Origin: the human T2T-CHM13v2.0 reference genome, Homo sapiens
DNA length: 64,000 nucleotides
NCBI RefSeq assembly: GCF_009914755.1
Contig: NC_060937.1
Strand: one strand, 5' to 3'
Part shown: positions 40,946 through 53,440 of the stretch, one piece after another
Layout of the letters: each line of letters opens with the position of its first letter
Position numbering within the stretch: position 1 is the stretch's first letter
The notes under the pieces: model-generated
What the model saw: only the letters and a program-made list of their open reading frames with translations
Database searches by the model: none
Told to the model about the DNA's origin: nothing
Position numbers and translations under genes: made by a program

Positions 40946-41900
40946 AGTTGTTCTCTAACTTTTTTTCACCAATTTTATTATAAAAGAATTTTATAAAGCT
41001 CTATACCACATTGCACATGTTTAAATTAACAGTTACAATTTTCCATAATTTTAAATATTTTAAAAAGACGTGATATCCAGTATGTTCTAAATATTACTAT
41101 TTTAAAATAAAATTGTTATATTACTTTTCAGATATATCCAGTAGAATAAAATAAGTAGAGTAGTGATTGATTACTATTATCATCTGTTTTAAGATGTACA
41201 AATAAGCTCTTTTTTCAAATGAACATTTTATATAATTTCTCTCTTTGAACTCATACTTCCTTTCAATTCCTTCCCCCAAATTTACCTAATCTAAAATATT
41301 TGTGCTTGTGAGTCTTTTTTGATCACTATGTTATACTACTCTGCAAAAAGTGTATATACTTACTGATTAAAGCTTTAGTTTTTTAGGTTCCTAAGACCAT
41401 AACATTCTAAGTATTTAAATTTTTTATTCTGAAATAAATTGTTACAAATATTATTAGCATACAGTCATACAACAGCATAAATATATTGTGAACTTTGAAA
41501 AATAATTAAGCATAAAAAATGAAATTATATTAGAAATTCATCTCTTAATGGGATGAATAGTTAACACATGCACATATGAATATTACTTATTGCTACAATA
41601 ATACAGGAATCAATATTAGAGCTACTTATAACTTTCTTTTTTATAGAGGTGTTGAAAAATCTTGTTCACATAAGTAAACAGCATGTCGAAGTTGTATTAT
41701 AGACAGTGTTATTCAGTGTTTTCTACTCTTTCCAAGTTGTGTGCTAAAAATCACATAAGGATCTATTGTCAGAAGTTATTTTTAATTATCTCTCAATTGA
41801 CAGCCCATTTAGATCCAACTTCTCCTCTTTGAAAGTAAAGAATTGGGAAAACATCTGACTTGCAAAAGGATTTTTTTTTCAGTCCAGTCACTGGGAACAT
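40946..41900 (-). mobile_element. hAT-Charlie transposon remnant with decayed transposase C-terminus
   Basis: Terminus cagttgttctctaacttttt; minus strand 41651-41676 translates YLCEQDFS, resembling the hAT dimerisation motif (T)YLCEQGFS. Confidence 0.6.
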
Positions 41901-44574
41901 TCACTTTCCAATGCCTCCATCAGGTATTTCGAATCATCCAATTTGATGCTCCTACCCCTCAACAGATCTTATACTCCAGTCAATACACCATAGAGAAATA
42001 CCATTTTTTATTTTATTTTTTAAGTGGGAGAATGGCAATGTGTTTTTCCCATCTCCTTTTTGGAGATGGGAAAGAGAACCTGTACTATCTTATGTTTCTC
42101 CATTTCTTTGGTAGGGAAATAGCATCACCAAGACATGTGGTGAGAGGTGGGAAGGGAGTGTTCCATAGCTGCTCCCCACATCCTCACTGCATGTGCCACA
42201 CAGCAGGTATCAGTCAGACATGGTCTTCCAGGTGGTCATTTTGGAAGTCAAGCCTCTCCCAGTTTGTAGATCGACTTTCCTTCAGGGCCTTGGAATCTTC
42301 TCCATTCAGCTGACAGTTTAAAAAGAGCATGGATGATCTCATATGAGTGTGGACCTGAAATTTCTTTTGAACTATTCTTCTTGAATATATTTGCTGTAAT
42401 CCTGAGCCATTGCCACAAATTCCAAATTTATATGAAATTATAAAAGTAATAGGGATTTGTAACTTTAAATTGCACCACAACAAGCTCTTTAATTAAACTG
42501 TTGAGGCTGCAAGTGTGGATTGAACGCGACAACCTTAGGAACTCTAAAAAGGGTTTGCCCAGCCTTCTGCAGCATTTTCAACAATTCGTAACAGGAAATT
42601 CAACTGGAAACAAAATTTAGATTTTTTTCGTATTCAAAGAAAAAAAATTTGTAATACTTGTGCTAATATATGCATTAGATGATTTGAGATCAGCAAAGCT
42701 ATCACTAAACAAGTATTTTTTTAAGTTGCACAATATTTAGCTTCCTTAAAAAGAAAAAAAGGTGAAACTTTTTTCATCTGTGATTTGACAGTCATTTACA
42801 TGTTTCTGACAACATATACATGTCCGATACGCATGAGTGCACAGCAGCCTTGTATTTTTCAACGTGATCATCAGATAATATGTGGTAAGCACATATTTGA
42901 GTAGGTGGTTTACAAGGGATTTCTATGACATTTGTATTGTATTACTTTCTATGTACCTTACTTTCTATGTGCTTTCTATGTACTTTAGTTCATAAGTGAA
43001 CTAAAATTCATAAGTGAATGGGGCAGACTTCAGGGTATGAGCCTGACATGAACTTTCTCCCTTCACTTCTTTTGGATATTAAGCAGTTAGCTCAGTATAG
43101 TTCAGTGGTCACTTAAGAAAATCACAAAGTTCCATAAGATTTGGGGTCAAGATGCTTTAATATTCTTGCTTATGATCTGTATGATGTATCAAAAATTATG
43201 TTTATTCAGTTCTCAAAAATGAAACTGGATGGGATAGTATTTGTTGATTAGATTTCATTGTATATTAAATACTTTGAAGAAACAGGCAGGCACAAGCTAG
43301 ATGATATGGGAAGCTTGGCTTAAGAAAGAAAACAAAACCACAAACCTCAAGTATACATGAAAGTACTTAAATGACAGAAAAATATCTTGGACTATAATAA
43401 AAAGCAAACTGAAAGAATTATTATAGAATGTCCTTAAACTTATAGAAAATTATGTAACCAGTAAAGGTATAAATAAAGAAGACGATTTTATAGTATCAGG
43501 CCATATTTCAGGCCTGAGCTTGATGCCCAGATTTTTATAGAAATGTACCATAAACTCAGTATTCAACTGACTGTGATTGATATTCCTTTACATTTATGAA
43601 AGTTATACAGATTGATTAACTCATCACTTGCCTGAAGCAGCATCCCCTCCGGTCATTCTGCCCCCATCCCACTGCATTCCACTCTATCCTCCACATGCCT
43701 CCCTAGCGCTGTGCCTCAAATCTCACTCTGCCACCTTCCTGCTAAGCTTCAGGACTTTCCCAGTGCCTGTGAGCAGAGCAGGGTAACAGAGCCCTGGGGT
43801 ATAGTCCAAGGAAGCCACAGTAATCACATGTATCTGAGTACCAGTGTTTTATCTTAACAATTCATTCATATTTGCAGTATTTTCCAGCCTGTGCTAATTT
43901 TACTACAAAACTGTTTTAAATTGCTTACCAGAAATAAAATTGATGCTCAAGAAGGGGTTCCAAATGATATTCTTTGACATACCTTAGTATACATTTTCCC
44001 ATGTGAGAGGCGTAAGTCCATAATATCAAGTCAAAATTGCTTAGCCTAAAGCCCTTCCATAACTCCTCTGGAGTCAAGGAATCCTTTCATTGTAAAGGTA
44101 GTGTCTTCTCAGAATGGATCTAATCCAGTCGAAAGTTCCATGGTGGTGCAAATTAAACTACTAAAAAAGAGAAACCAGCTGTATTTAGATTACTGTTTTG
44201 GTTCTTGATTAAAGTCAGCAGGGTTGTTTGGTGGACTATACCATTAGGACATAAACATGAGAAGTCTGAAGGCCACATTGGAGAGAGCTTCTTCTGGTTT
44301 AGCAAAGGAGTCAAAATGCACATACTCTGTACAATTTCTTTAGAACCTTCCCCATATGTACTATTTCTATCAGTTTCCCATTGTGATTTATTAAACAAAC
44401 AAATATATATGGAACACATATGTGCCAGACACTATTTTAGGCACTGTGTATCGAACAGTAAATAGGATAGATGAGAGTTCTATTCTCCTATTTGATGTCA
44501 CAGGGAGGGGACAGACAAAAAACAAGTAAGAAAATTAATCATTTTCATGTGCAGAATTAAACAGTGATAAGATA

Positions 44575-44823
44575 GGCTGTGTGTTGGGATCACTTGAGGT
44601 CAGGCATTCAAGACCAGCCTGGTCAATGTGGCAAAACCCTGTCTCTACTAAAAATACAAAAATTAGCTGGTTGTGGTGGCACACGCCTGTAGTTCCAGCT
44701 ACTCAGAAGGCTGAGGTGGGAGAATCGCTCGAACCCAGGAGGTGGAGGTTGCATGAGAGGAGATGGCATTGTTGCACTCCAGCATGGCTGACAGAATGAG
44801 ACTCCATCTCAAAAAAAAAAAAA
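44575..44823 (+). mobile_element. Alu (S/J-type) with left-arm deletion
   Basis: ggatcacttgaggtcaggcattcaagaccagcctgg..gactccatctc plus A tail. Confidence 0.92.
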
Positions 44824-44843
44824 GAGATAGAGTTACATGATAA

Positions 44844-45199
<356 letters not shown>

Positions 45200-45952
45200 T
45201 AAAATTTTTTTAAATAAAAATGTATTATGGAATGAAACTCTTTTTAAATAAAGAAATTGTAGGATCATCTTATTCCGTGATCAGTCTTGAAGGTAACAAG
45301 CAGGGAAAGCAGGAGGTGGTTTGCTATAAAAAAAAGAAAAGAAAAGAAAATGACCCTAGGCTCTATCAGGTTTTCCTAGCAGGGAATTATGGCTAGCTCA
45401 GAACATCGTCTTTCATCAGCCCTTTTAGGATTTCAGATGCTTAAATATAACATGGGTTATTGTAAAGTAATTAGGTAGGTTTTTTGAAAAGCATATAAGA
45501 ACATACATGAAAATAATTTTTCTTCCCATGTCCCCTTTGGTAAGGGCTGAACACTTATTTAAATGATGTTGCCATTGTTCAAAATAGCTTTGGACCTTTG
45601 GATCTGTCTTTCAGAATTTGCTTCCTAAGCCATTTAGAAGCTACTAGCAAAATCATTTTCTTTTAATTTTGTTATCTCTCCTTGTCCTCTTTGCATTTAA
45701 GCTTTACTGATCTTAGGTTCCTTTTTTCTTGCTGCAGAGGGTCCCTAAGGACCATTATGCTCCCAGGCTGTAGCTAAGAGAATGGTGATAGGAAAACTGA
45801 GTTTGTGTATTAGCTGGGATCCAGTCAGGGGAGAGGAATCAGAGTGCAATTTAGATAGGAAAAGTGTGATACAATTATCATATAAATTATGCCAGGAGAT
45901 TGAGTAACAAGGGACTGGCTAGTAAGAAATAAAGATAACTCTAAAGAATATT

Positions 45953-46363
<411 letters not shown>

Positions 46364-48181
46364 TCATGCGTCCCAGAGCCAAGTGCTGGAGAACAGGCGC
46401 CTGCCAAGTGAGAACACCAGAACAGAGAAGAAAAAACACCCTTCCTCCTGTGTGGTCTCTTCAGTGCCCTTTCCTGACAAAGTTTAATGCTATGACAGGT
46501 AGCAAAGGAAAAATATTTTAAGGACACAGGTTCGTTTTCACAGAGCAAGCAATTAAGGGTGAATTTGCACATGGAAGGCCATAAATGAATAATTGGCACA
46601 GTTTATAAAATACAGTTTTACATGGTGCACTTAAGGAGTCAAACTAACATACTTTTTGGAGCTATCTGCTTGCTATAACTAACATAAAAACTGATAACAT
46701 GCTTAATGGAAATAAATGCTTGGTCAAATTTTCATTACACCATAGCTCCAGAAGGAAAAAATAAGTCAAAATATGATTCTGTGTGTGTATACACATGTGA
46801 GATATTAATATATCTGGACCTAGAAATATAGATACAGGTATCTTTCTGACATAATGCTATGGGTATAAGGGTGCCAACACAGCTTTCATGGGAAGATCTA
46901 TCATTTTTTCTGATATTATATTCACTTTACTGTTTGGGTTTTCAAATGGCCATAGTATTTTTAGTACCTTAGTGAAATAATTATTATAGTTGAAGATAGA
47001 TTTTGTTGTTGTGGCTGTTTTGTCTTAAAATGTTTCCTACTTGACAAAAAAAAGAGAATTAATCCTGTATCACTATCCCTTTCCTTTTTAAAAATCATAC
47101 TGGTCTATGAAAATCAAATATGGAAACCATTATAGCCAACTAACAATTTATAAATATAAATTGTGGCAAGTCACTATAACCCTTTTGTGAAATGTACAAG
47201 AAGAAGTTTTGCATTTAGAAATCAAAAACCAATTGTCACCTGATGCTCAACAACAAGGAGACATAAATTCATCAATGGAACTTAATAGCCAGGGTCATGT
47301 ACTTTATGTTCTTTGTCTCTGCTTAAACTAACCATTTCCAGGTATCATTATCACTGTTTTTCAGATGACAAAAACCAGATGGAGTTAAATAATTGTTTTT
47401 CAAAATAGTGTAGTTGGTAAATAGCAGAGCCAAGAGTTAAGTAGGAGTCTGAATGGCTCCAAAATGTTTCAGATTTAAATAGACGTCTGACTGCCTCCGA
47501 AAACCTTTCAATGTCTAGAGAAAGACAAAAACTGAATTAAGGGTTACAAAATGGGATTTTCAAAAAATAAAGACCAAAAGATTATACACTTACATATTTT
47601 ATGTATATTTCCTAGAGAAAGGAAGTGTAAAAAGGAACTTCATAACTTGTTTTCAAATGTATATATGAATATAATGCATGTAAAATGAATATAATGTATG
47701 TAAAACTCAGTAACTGTTTTCATTTCCACCAAAGCAAATATAAGTGCGGTAGAGTATACCACAGCAAGTAGAAAAGTCCCTCTGAATTGTTAATACACGT
47801 TGGTGTATCAGGAAGGAATGTGCTTGTTGTAGATTTGAGGACAGTAGCTTAATCAAATATAGATTATATACATGGTAACCAGAAGTCCAGATATGGATGC
47901 TTGCTGTGATTGTTTCAGTAGCTCAGTATTAGAGCCAACCTTGGCCTTCCTCTCATAGTTACACAATTGCTGCTACAGTTTCAGCTATCATATCTCCATT
48001 CAAGCAGGAAGGGCAAAGTGGTATGCCAGCTATATATGACTCATTTCATCAGCTTTTCTCAAACATCCTCAACTGCTTTTGGTTTTGATCTCATTAACCA
48101 GTGCTTGGCCTAATGTCCTTCCACAAAGTTACAAGGGAATTTGGGGAAGCAGGGAATAACATTGTCAGGACTGGCTTAGAC

Positions 48182-48402
48182 CATGGGTCAGCCAAACTCT
48201 GCCCTGGGGGCCAAATTCAGCTCATACTTGTTGTAAATAAAATTTTGTTGGAATACTTCCATACCCCTTTATTTACACATTGTCTATGGCTCCTTTCATG
48301 TTACAATGGCAAAACTGAGTAGTTGCAACTGAGACCATATAGCCTGCAAAGCCTAAATATATTTACTCTCTGGCCTTTTACAGAAAAGTTTGCTGACACC
48401 TG
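48182..48402 (+). mobile_element. MER58A (hAT-Charlie) within an MLT1-like LTR
   Basis: gggtcagccaaact..gggccaaattcag..tgtaaataaaattttgttggaa..cctgcaaagcctaaa..tttacagaaaagtttgctgacacctg; flanks gcttagac / gattaaac. Confidence 0.85.
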
Positions 48403-48823
48403 GATTAAACCAATCATGATCCTTTGCCTGGGGTTGACCATATGGACACTTTGGGGGTAGCTGGGCTTCCATTAAGCAAGGAAGGGGAGAAAGGATATTG
48501 GAAAGAACCAACAATATATGTCTCACAGGTGGTCACCTGGTCCAATTAATTATATACAAGACCCAAAAGTGATAATATATTTTCGGTTTTAAGTCACAGA
48601 GTCTCCTTGAATATGTTTTTCTACTCCTTCTTTTCCTCAAGACCCAACTAAGACACTTTAGAAAGGCAGAAATTTTGCAAATACACAGTATCAAATTATT
48701 GACAATGTTGTGACAGACAGTGAATTCATTTCTAGTTTTCTGACTTTTACTAAGTTACTGTCAGAGTAGATCTTAAATCCATATTTTATTGATTGACACT
48801 TCCCTTTAAACTGTTTATTTTAG

Positions 48824-48941
48824 GTTCTTGCATACACTGAGGGACTTCACGGAAAATGGATGTTCAGCGAGATACGAGCTGTATTTTCAAGACGTTACCT
48901 TCTACAAAACACTGCTTTGGAAGTATTTATGGCAAACCGAA
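48824..48941 (+). CDS. NBEA: Neurobeachin internal coding exon (PH domain), 118 nt, phase 0 to 1
   Basis: Acceptor tttattttag| and donor |gtaagt. Translates [39 protein letters not shown], recognised as the NBEA PH domain (the paralog LRBA differs, e.g. KWLFTEIRSIF). Confidence 0.96.
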
Positions 48942-49276
48942 GTAAGTCCCCTTAATATTTTGAAAGAAAATGTGCTCATATTTACATATTATTCATTTAC
49001 ATGGTATGATAATGTCTTGATTTTTCCTACTGTATTTCTGATGTGCTCTAGCTTAAACAAACAGAAATTCTTTTTAAAAAATAAAAAAAGAATGAATTTG
49101 TTTGAAATGTTAGCCCTAGGTTTCTCATGGATAAAGTTATACTGAAAGCTGATTTTTCATGAAGATTCATTAGCTTTACAAATAAATCATGATAGGCACT
49201 TGAAGATGACTTGTAAAATTGATGGCTAACTTATCCTGCGGTTTTCTAAACTCTGTTTTTTTTCTTCTTACCACAG

Positions 49277-49379
49277 CCTCAGTTATGTTTAATTTCCCTG
49301 ATCAAGCAACAGTAAAAAAAGTTGTCTATAGCTTGCCTCGGGTTGGAGTAGGGACCAGCTATGGTCTGCCACAAGCCAG
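49277..49379 (+). CDS. NBEA: Neurobeachin internal coding exon (end of PH domain and linker), 103 nt, phase 1 to 2
   Basis: Acceptor tttcttcttaccacag| and donor |gtaatt. Continues in frame: (T)[33 protein letters not shown](R). Confidence 0.96.
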
Positions 49380-49944
49380 GTAATTATATCATATTACATA
49401 TTATCTATGGCTTGTTAACATATTTCAATCTCAATATTACAGCAATGTAAATGTGGTTATAACATTATAATTATTTCAGAGACCAAAGAATTTTCTTTCT
49501 CTGAAGGTTATTTGTAGGGATAGAGATTATGAAAATAGCTATTTTGAGAATGACAGAATGGTTAGGGCAGATTTTTATTTAATACATATAAATAACAAAG
49601 TAAAAAACTTGATTGCTTATCACATAGCTAGCATATAATTAAGACATTCTTGCTTGTTAAAATCTTACAGGAAACATACCAAAAGCCTGAAGATCATAAA
49701 TGATTAATTGCTATGTAATAGCATATAAATAATGTTTTTATAAATGCCATATATAAATGCTTCTTAATTAAAACAATAAAACCCTGAGAGTTTATTAAGG
49801 GTAATAGTCATTAATTATGGTATAGTTGTAACCACATTTCCTAGATTTTCATCTTGGTATTTTAGAAGAATCATTTTGAAATCTTATATTATTAAAAGAT
49901 ACTAATGTAAGTAGAAAACATAATCAGTAGTTACTTATATTGCT

Positions 49945-50455
49945 GATATCAGTTTGTCGTTTTTGGCTCGAAATAACTGAATACCTTACTAAAAGTGGCT
50001 TAAACTATAGGGGTGTGTGTGTTTAATATAAAAGATCTGGAGTTAAGGTGCTGGTTCAGAGGTTCAGTGATGTCAGAACCCTGTTGGCTTTGTATTCACA
50101 AAATCACCACTACTTCTTCAGCTACTACATCTTCACACAACTGCATTACAGTAGGAAAAAGACACAAAGGATTTCTCTTTAAGCTTCTCTGTTTTAGGAA
50201 GAATGTATTTCTCAGAAGCCTAAAGCAATCTTTATCTTAAGTCCCTTTGGCCAGAATACAGTCACCTTCCCATTCCTAAAACAATCACTGCCAAAAAGGT
50301 GTGAGTTCTGTTGGCTTAGCCCAATCATTCCCTAGGTTTTATGGAAAAAGATACCTCTGATTCTTTGCCAGCTCCTACATGAACAAAAGAGGATTTCCGT
50401 TGATGAAGAACAAAGGGAGATTGACTTTAGGTAGATACAACAATGTCTACCACAT
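49945..50455. mobile_element. MLT1J/K-like MaLR LTR
   Basis: aataactgaatacc..agtggcttaaac..ttggccagaatacagtcacc..gtctaccaca end. Confidence 0.55.
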
Positions 50456-51234
50456 AGACTGTTATGTCCTTGAGAATTATTACACAGCACTGTATGGATG
50501 GAAAGGAAAACTAATCTTTGTCTATCCTCCCTTAAATAGGCTACAGACAACTGAAAGACAGGGACTGTGTTTTATTTATCCTTTAATCTACAGGACCTAA
50601 CACAGTGCCTAATTGCAGCAGTGCTTTTTAAGTGCTGTTTAGCTGGGGTTACCTTGTATTGCAACTTATCTATTCTCTTTAAGCTTACAGTGTAAGACCA
50701 ATTCACTGACACGTATACACATGCTCAAGATATTTGCTAGTAGAATGACAAGATTAAACTAAGATATTAGTAGATAATGAAGCACTTATATAAAATACAG
50801 GTCAAAGAAAAATGCATTTCATCTATCAAAGAAAATGAGGTTAGTTCTGCAAGACTTGTTCTTATTGAATCTAAGCTGACTCATAATAATCATTACTTCC
50901 TTTCCCAAGTGCTTACATACTATTTGTTTAATCATCAATTCAAGAATTTACTCAGGAATTGACATTAAGAACTTATGAATGGGCCTAACTTTTTCCTATT
51001 TAAGAATAATCTCCTGTCTTCTGGCATATTTCTCAATGACCATGATTCCTGAAAGATTACTAATAGAGGTTTCTATATGGCATGTATAATTTCCCTCAGT
51101 ATTCTTTGACTTGTCTGGACCGGAATTCATTTAAAACAATCAGAAGCTCTTTTATTTTATTTCTTACCTATGATGAGTATTGTTTCCCTTTTAACCACAT
51201 TTGGTCTCTTTTTGACGTTTGGAAGATCATTCTT

Positions 51235-51528
51235 TTTTTTTTCTTTGAGACAAGGTCTCACTCTGTCACCCAGGCTGGAGTGCAGTGGCGTGATCTCAGC
51301 TCACCGCAGCCTTGATGTCCCCAGGCTCAGGAGATCCTCCCACCTCAGTTTCCCAAGTAGCTGGGAATACAGACATGTGCCACCATGCCCAGCTAATTTT
51401 TGTATTGTTTATAGAGATGGGGTTTCACCATGTTGCCCAGGCTGGTCTCGAACTCCTGGACTCAAGCAATCCACCCACTTAAGCCTCCCAAAGTGCTGGG
51501 ATTACAGGCAACAGTCACCATGCCCAGC
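51235..51528 (-). mobile_element. AluJ-type SINE with about 16-bp TSD
   Basis: Full Alu; flanks tggaagatcattcttt / tggaagatgattcttt. Confidence 0.94.
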
Positions 51529-52062
51529 TGGAAGATGATTCTTTATAAGAAAACTGAAAACAAAAGGCAGCTCAGTAGTTTTGGTCTCTCTGTAATTCAT
51601 AATGCCATTCTATCTTCAAACGTCCTTTTGTTGTCCTTGGCTTATTTTCCCCCAAAAAGCTCAACTAATTATTAGTTTCCTAATAATATTCTTACAGACT
51701 CAGTTTTATGTACTTCCCTAGATATACATCCTTAGAAGTACCAAGTGGCAATGGGGAAACACTGCATCTAGGCTTAAACCTGTCACTTAGCTGGGTAACA
51801 ATAAGCAAGCCTCACACTTAGTAGCAATTCAATAAATATTGGTGGAAAGAATGAATAACACTACTCAAGCAGAATGACATTCTTATCTACCATAAAATGG
51901 GGAAAATATCTTTACAAGAGATATTCTGCCAGAGATATTTTGCAAGATATCTTTGCAAGAGATATTTTGATAATCTTTTGTGCTATGTACAAGACAATGC
52001 CTATTAAGATTCCATGTGAATACTCATGTTAATAATCCATGAGTAACAGAAATAGCCTTAAG

Positions 52063-52635
52063 TCTGTTGTTCCCAAACTAAACACGAAGGAGTCCTGCAA
52101 TATCACAGTGAATTCTCAGGGGTGCTGCAGGTCATTTTTTAATTTTTTAGGGAAAAACAGCAACATTTGTCAGATACCACACAAACTATTTGCTCGAGTT
52201 AGTTCCAAGTTTCAACTTAGAATGATTAGATAGGGCTGCATCTTTTTCAGTGACACCTCTGAGAAACTGGTGTTTGGTGGCTACTGTCTTCAAAAACAAG
52301 AGCCATATGAAAAATCAGTGTGGAACAGGAAATGAGTGTGGTGGTGTCAGATCTGATTCCAAGGTTTCAGAAGCTGTGCAGTTTCCAACAGACATACACA
52401 CCCCATTAGTAAATGTGGTTATTTAAGAATGAAATATAAATATTTCTCTTTAAGTTTATGAGTATTGTATTTTCAAATAGCTACTCAGTTGTTAAGATGT
52501 TAAATATTTATTGAGTTGTTAGAGCTAACTACTTAATAAACAGAATTGTAAGATATTTCTCTTGGTCAAGGAGCACTATGAAAAATTATGGAGATACCAA
52601 GGGTGCCATGAATTGAAAAAGTTTGAGAACCTCTG
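52063..52635 (+). mobile_element. Charlie4-type hAT DNA transposon fragment
   Basis: Start gttcccaaact; decayed transposase end (aatcagtgtggaacaggaaatgag..); terminus aagggtgccatgaattgaaaaagtttgagaacctctg. Confidence 0.7.
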
Positions 52636-53324
52636 TCAATCAGTTTAAAAACCCAGTAGCTTTATCATACTTTTCTAAATACAACTGCTTTTGTTATTTT
52701 TAGATGAACACATTGAACCTGGAAAGTTTCATAATTTGGACCAATGATCATGGTTTATTCCCTTAGGCTGTTCCTATGTCCCTTCTTCTGGACCCATGCA
52801 TTTTTTCAAAGTTCCCAGTTGTTTATATTTTACACCATTGCAGGGATAGATATTGTACGGGCAGAGGCTGTGCATGTGTACACACTCTGTGTGTGTGAAG
52901 GCAAGTCGAAGAAGTTCATTGATAGACATTAAGTCAAATGCATGTAAACAGGTACCTGACTACCTACCTACCTACCTAATTAACATGGAGCAGATTTGCT
53001 GTATTGTTTAAAAGCTACTTGATTTATCTTAAGTATAGTTTTACTTTTTTTCTTGTTGATTTGTGACTCATTTGCAGCTGTGATTTGACAAATAAGGTTG
53101 CTTTCAAATTGTTTTATCCTGAGTAATTAAGTGTATCTTCTCTATAATAGAATTCTCAAATATTGCTAATTTCTACAATTAAAATATATTTTCTAATTCA
53201 TCTAAGAAGGATAAACCATAAATTATTTTAAGTTGATTATCAAAGCAATATATTAGTTAATATTGGATTTTTTAAAGTTATGAATTAAAGAGACTATGTT
53301 TGTTATGCTGTGCTTAATTGCTAG

Positions 53325-53440
53325 GAGGATATCATTGGCCACTCCTCGACAGCTTTATAAATCTTCCAATATGACTCAGCGCTGGCAAAGAAGGGAAATT
53401 TCAAACTTCGAATATTTGATGTTCCTTAATACTATTGCAG
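53325..53440 (+). CDS. NBEA: Neurobeachin internal coding exon (start of BEACH domain), 116 nt, phase 2 to 1
   Basis: Acceptor ttgctag| and donor |gtaaga. Continues in frame: (R)[38 protein letters not shown](G), containing the canonical BEACH start motif [19 protein letters not shown]. Confidence 0.97.

Noticed and set aside
41843-42313. 156-aa ORF
   Set aside because: Non-ATG start, adjoins a decayed hAT element on the opposite strand, no recognisable protein.
48828-49145. 105-aa ORF from the track overlapping the first exon
   Set aside because: Wrong frame; the true NBEA frame starts at 48824.
48824-53440. Alternative assignment to LRBA or an NBEA pseudogene
   Set aside because: Residues match NBEA rather than LRBA; the reading frame and all splice sites are intact.
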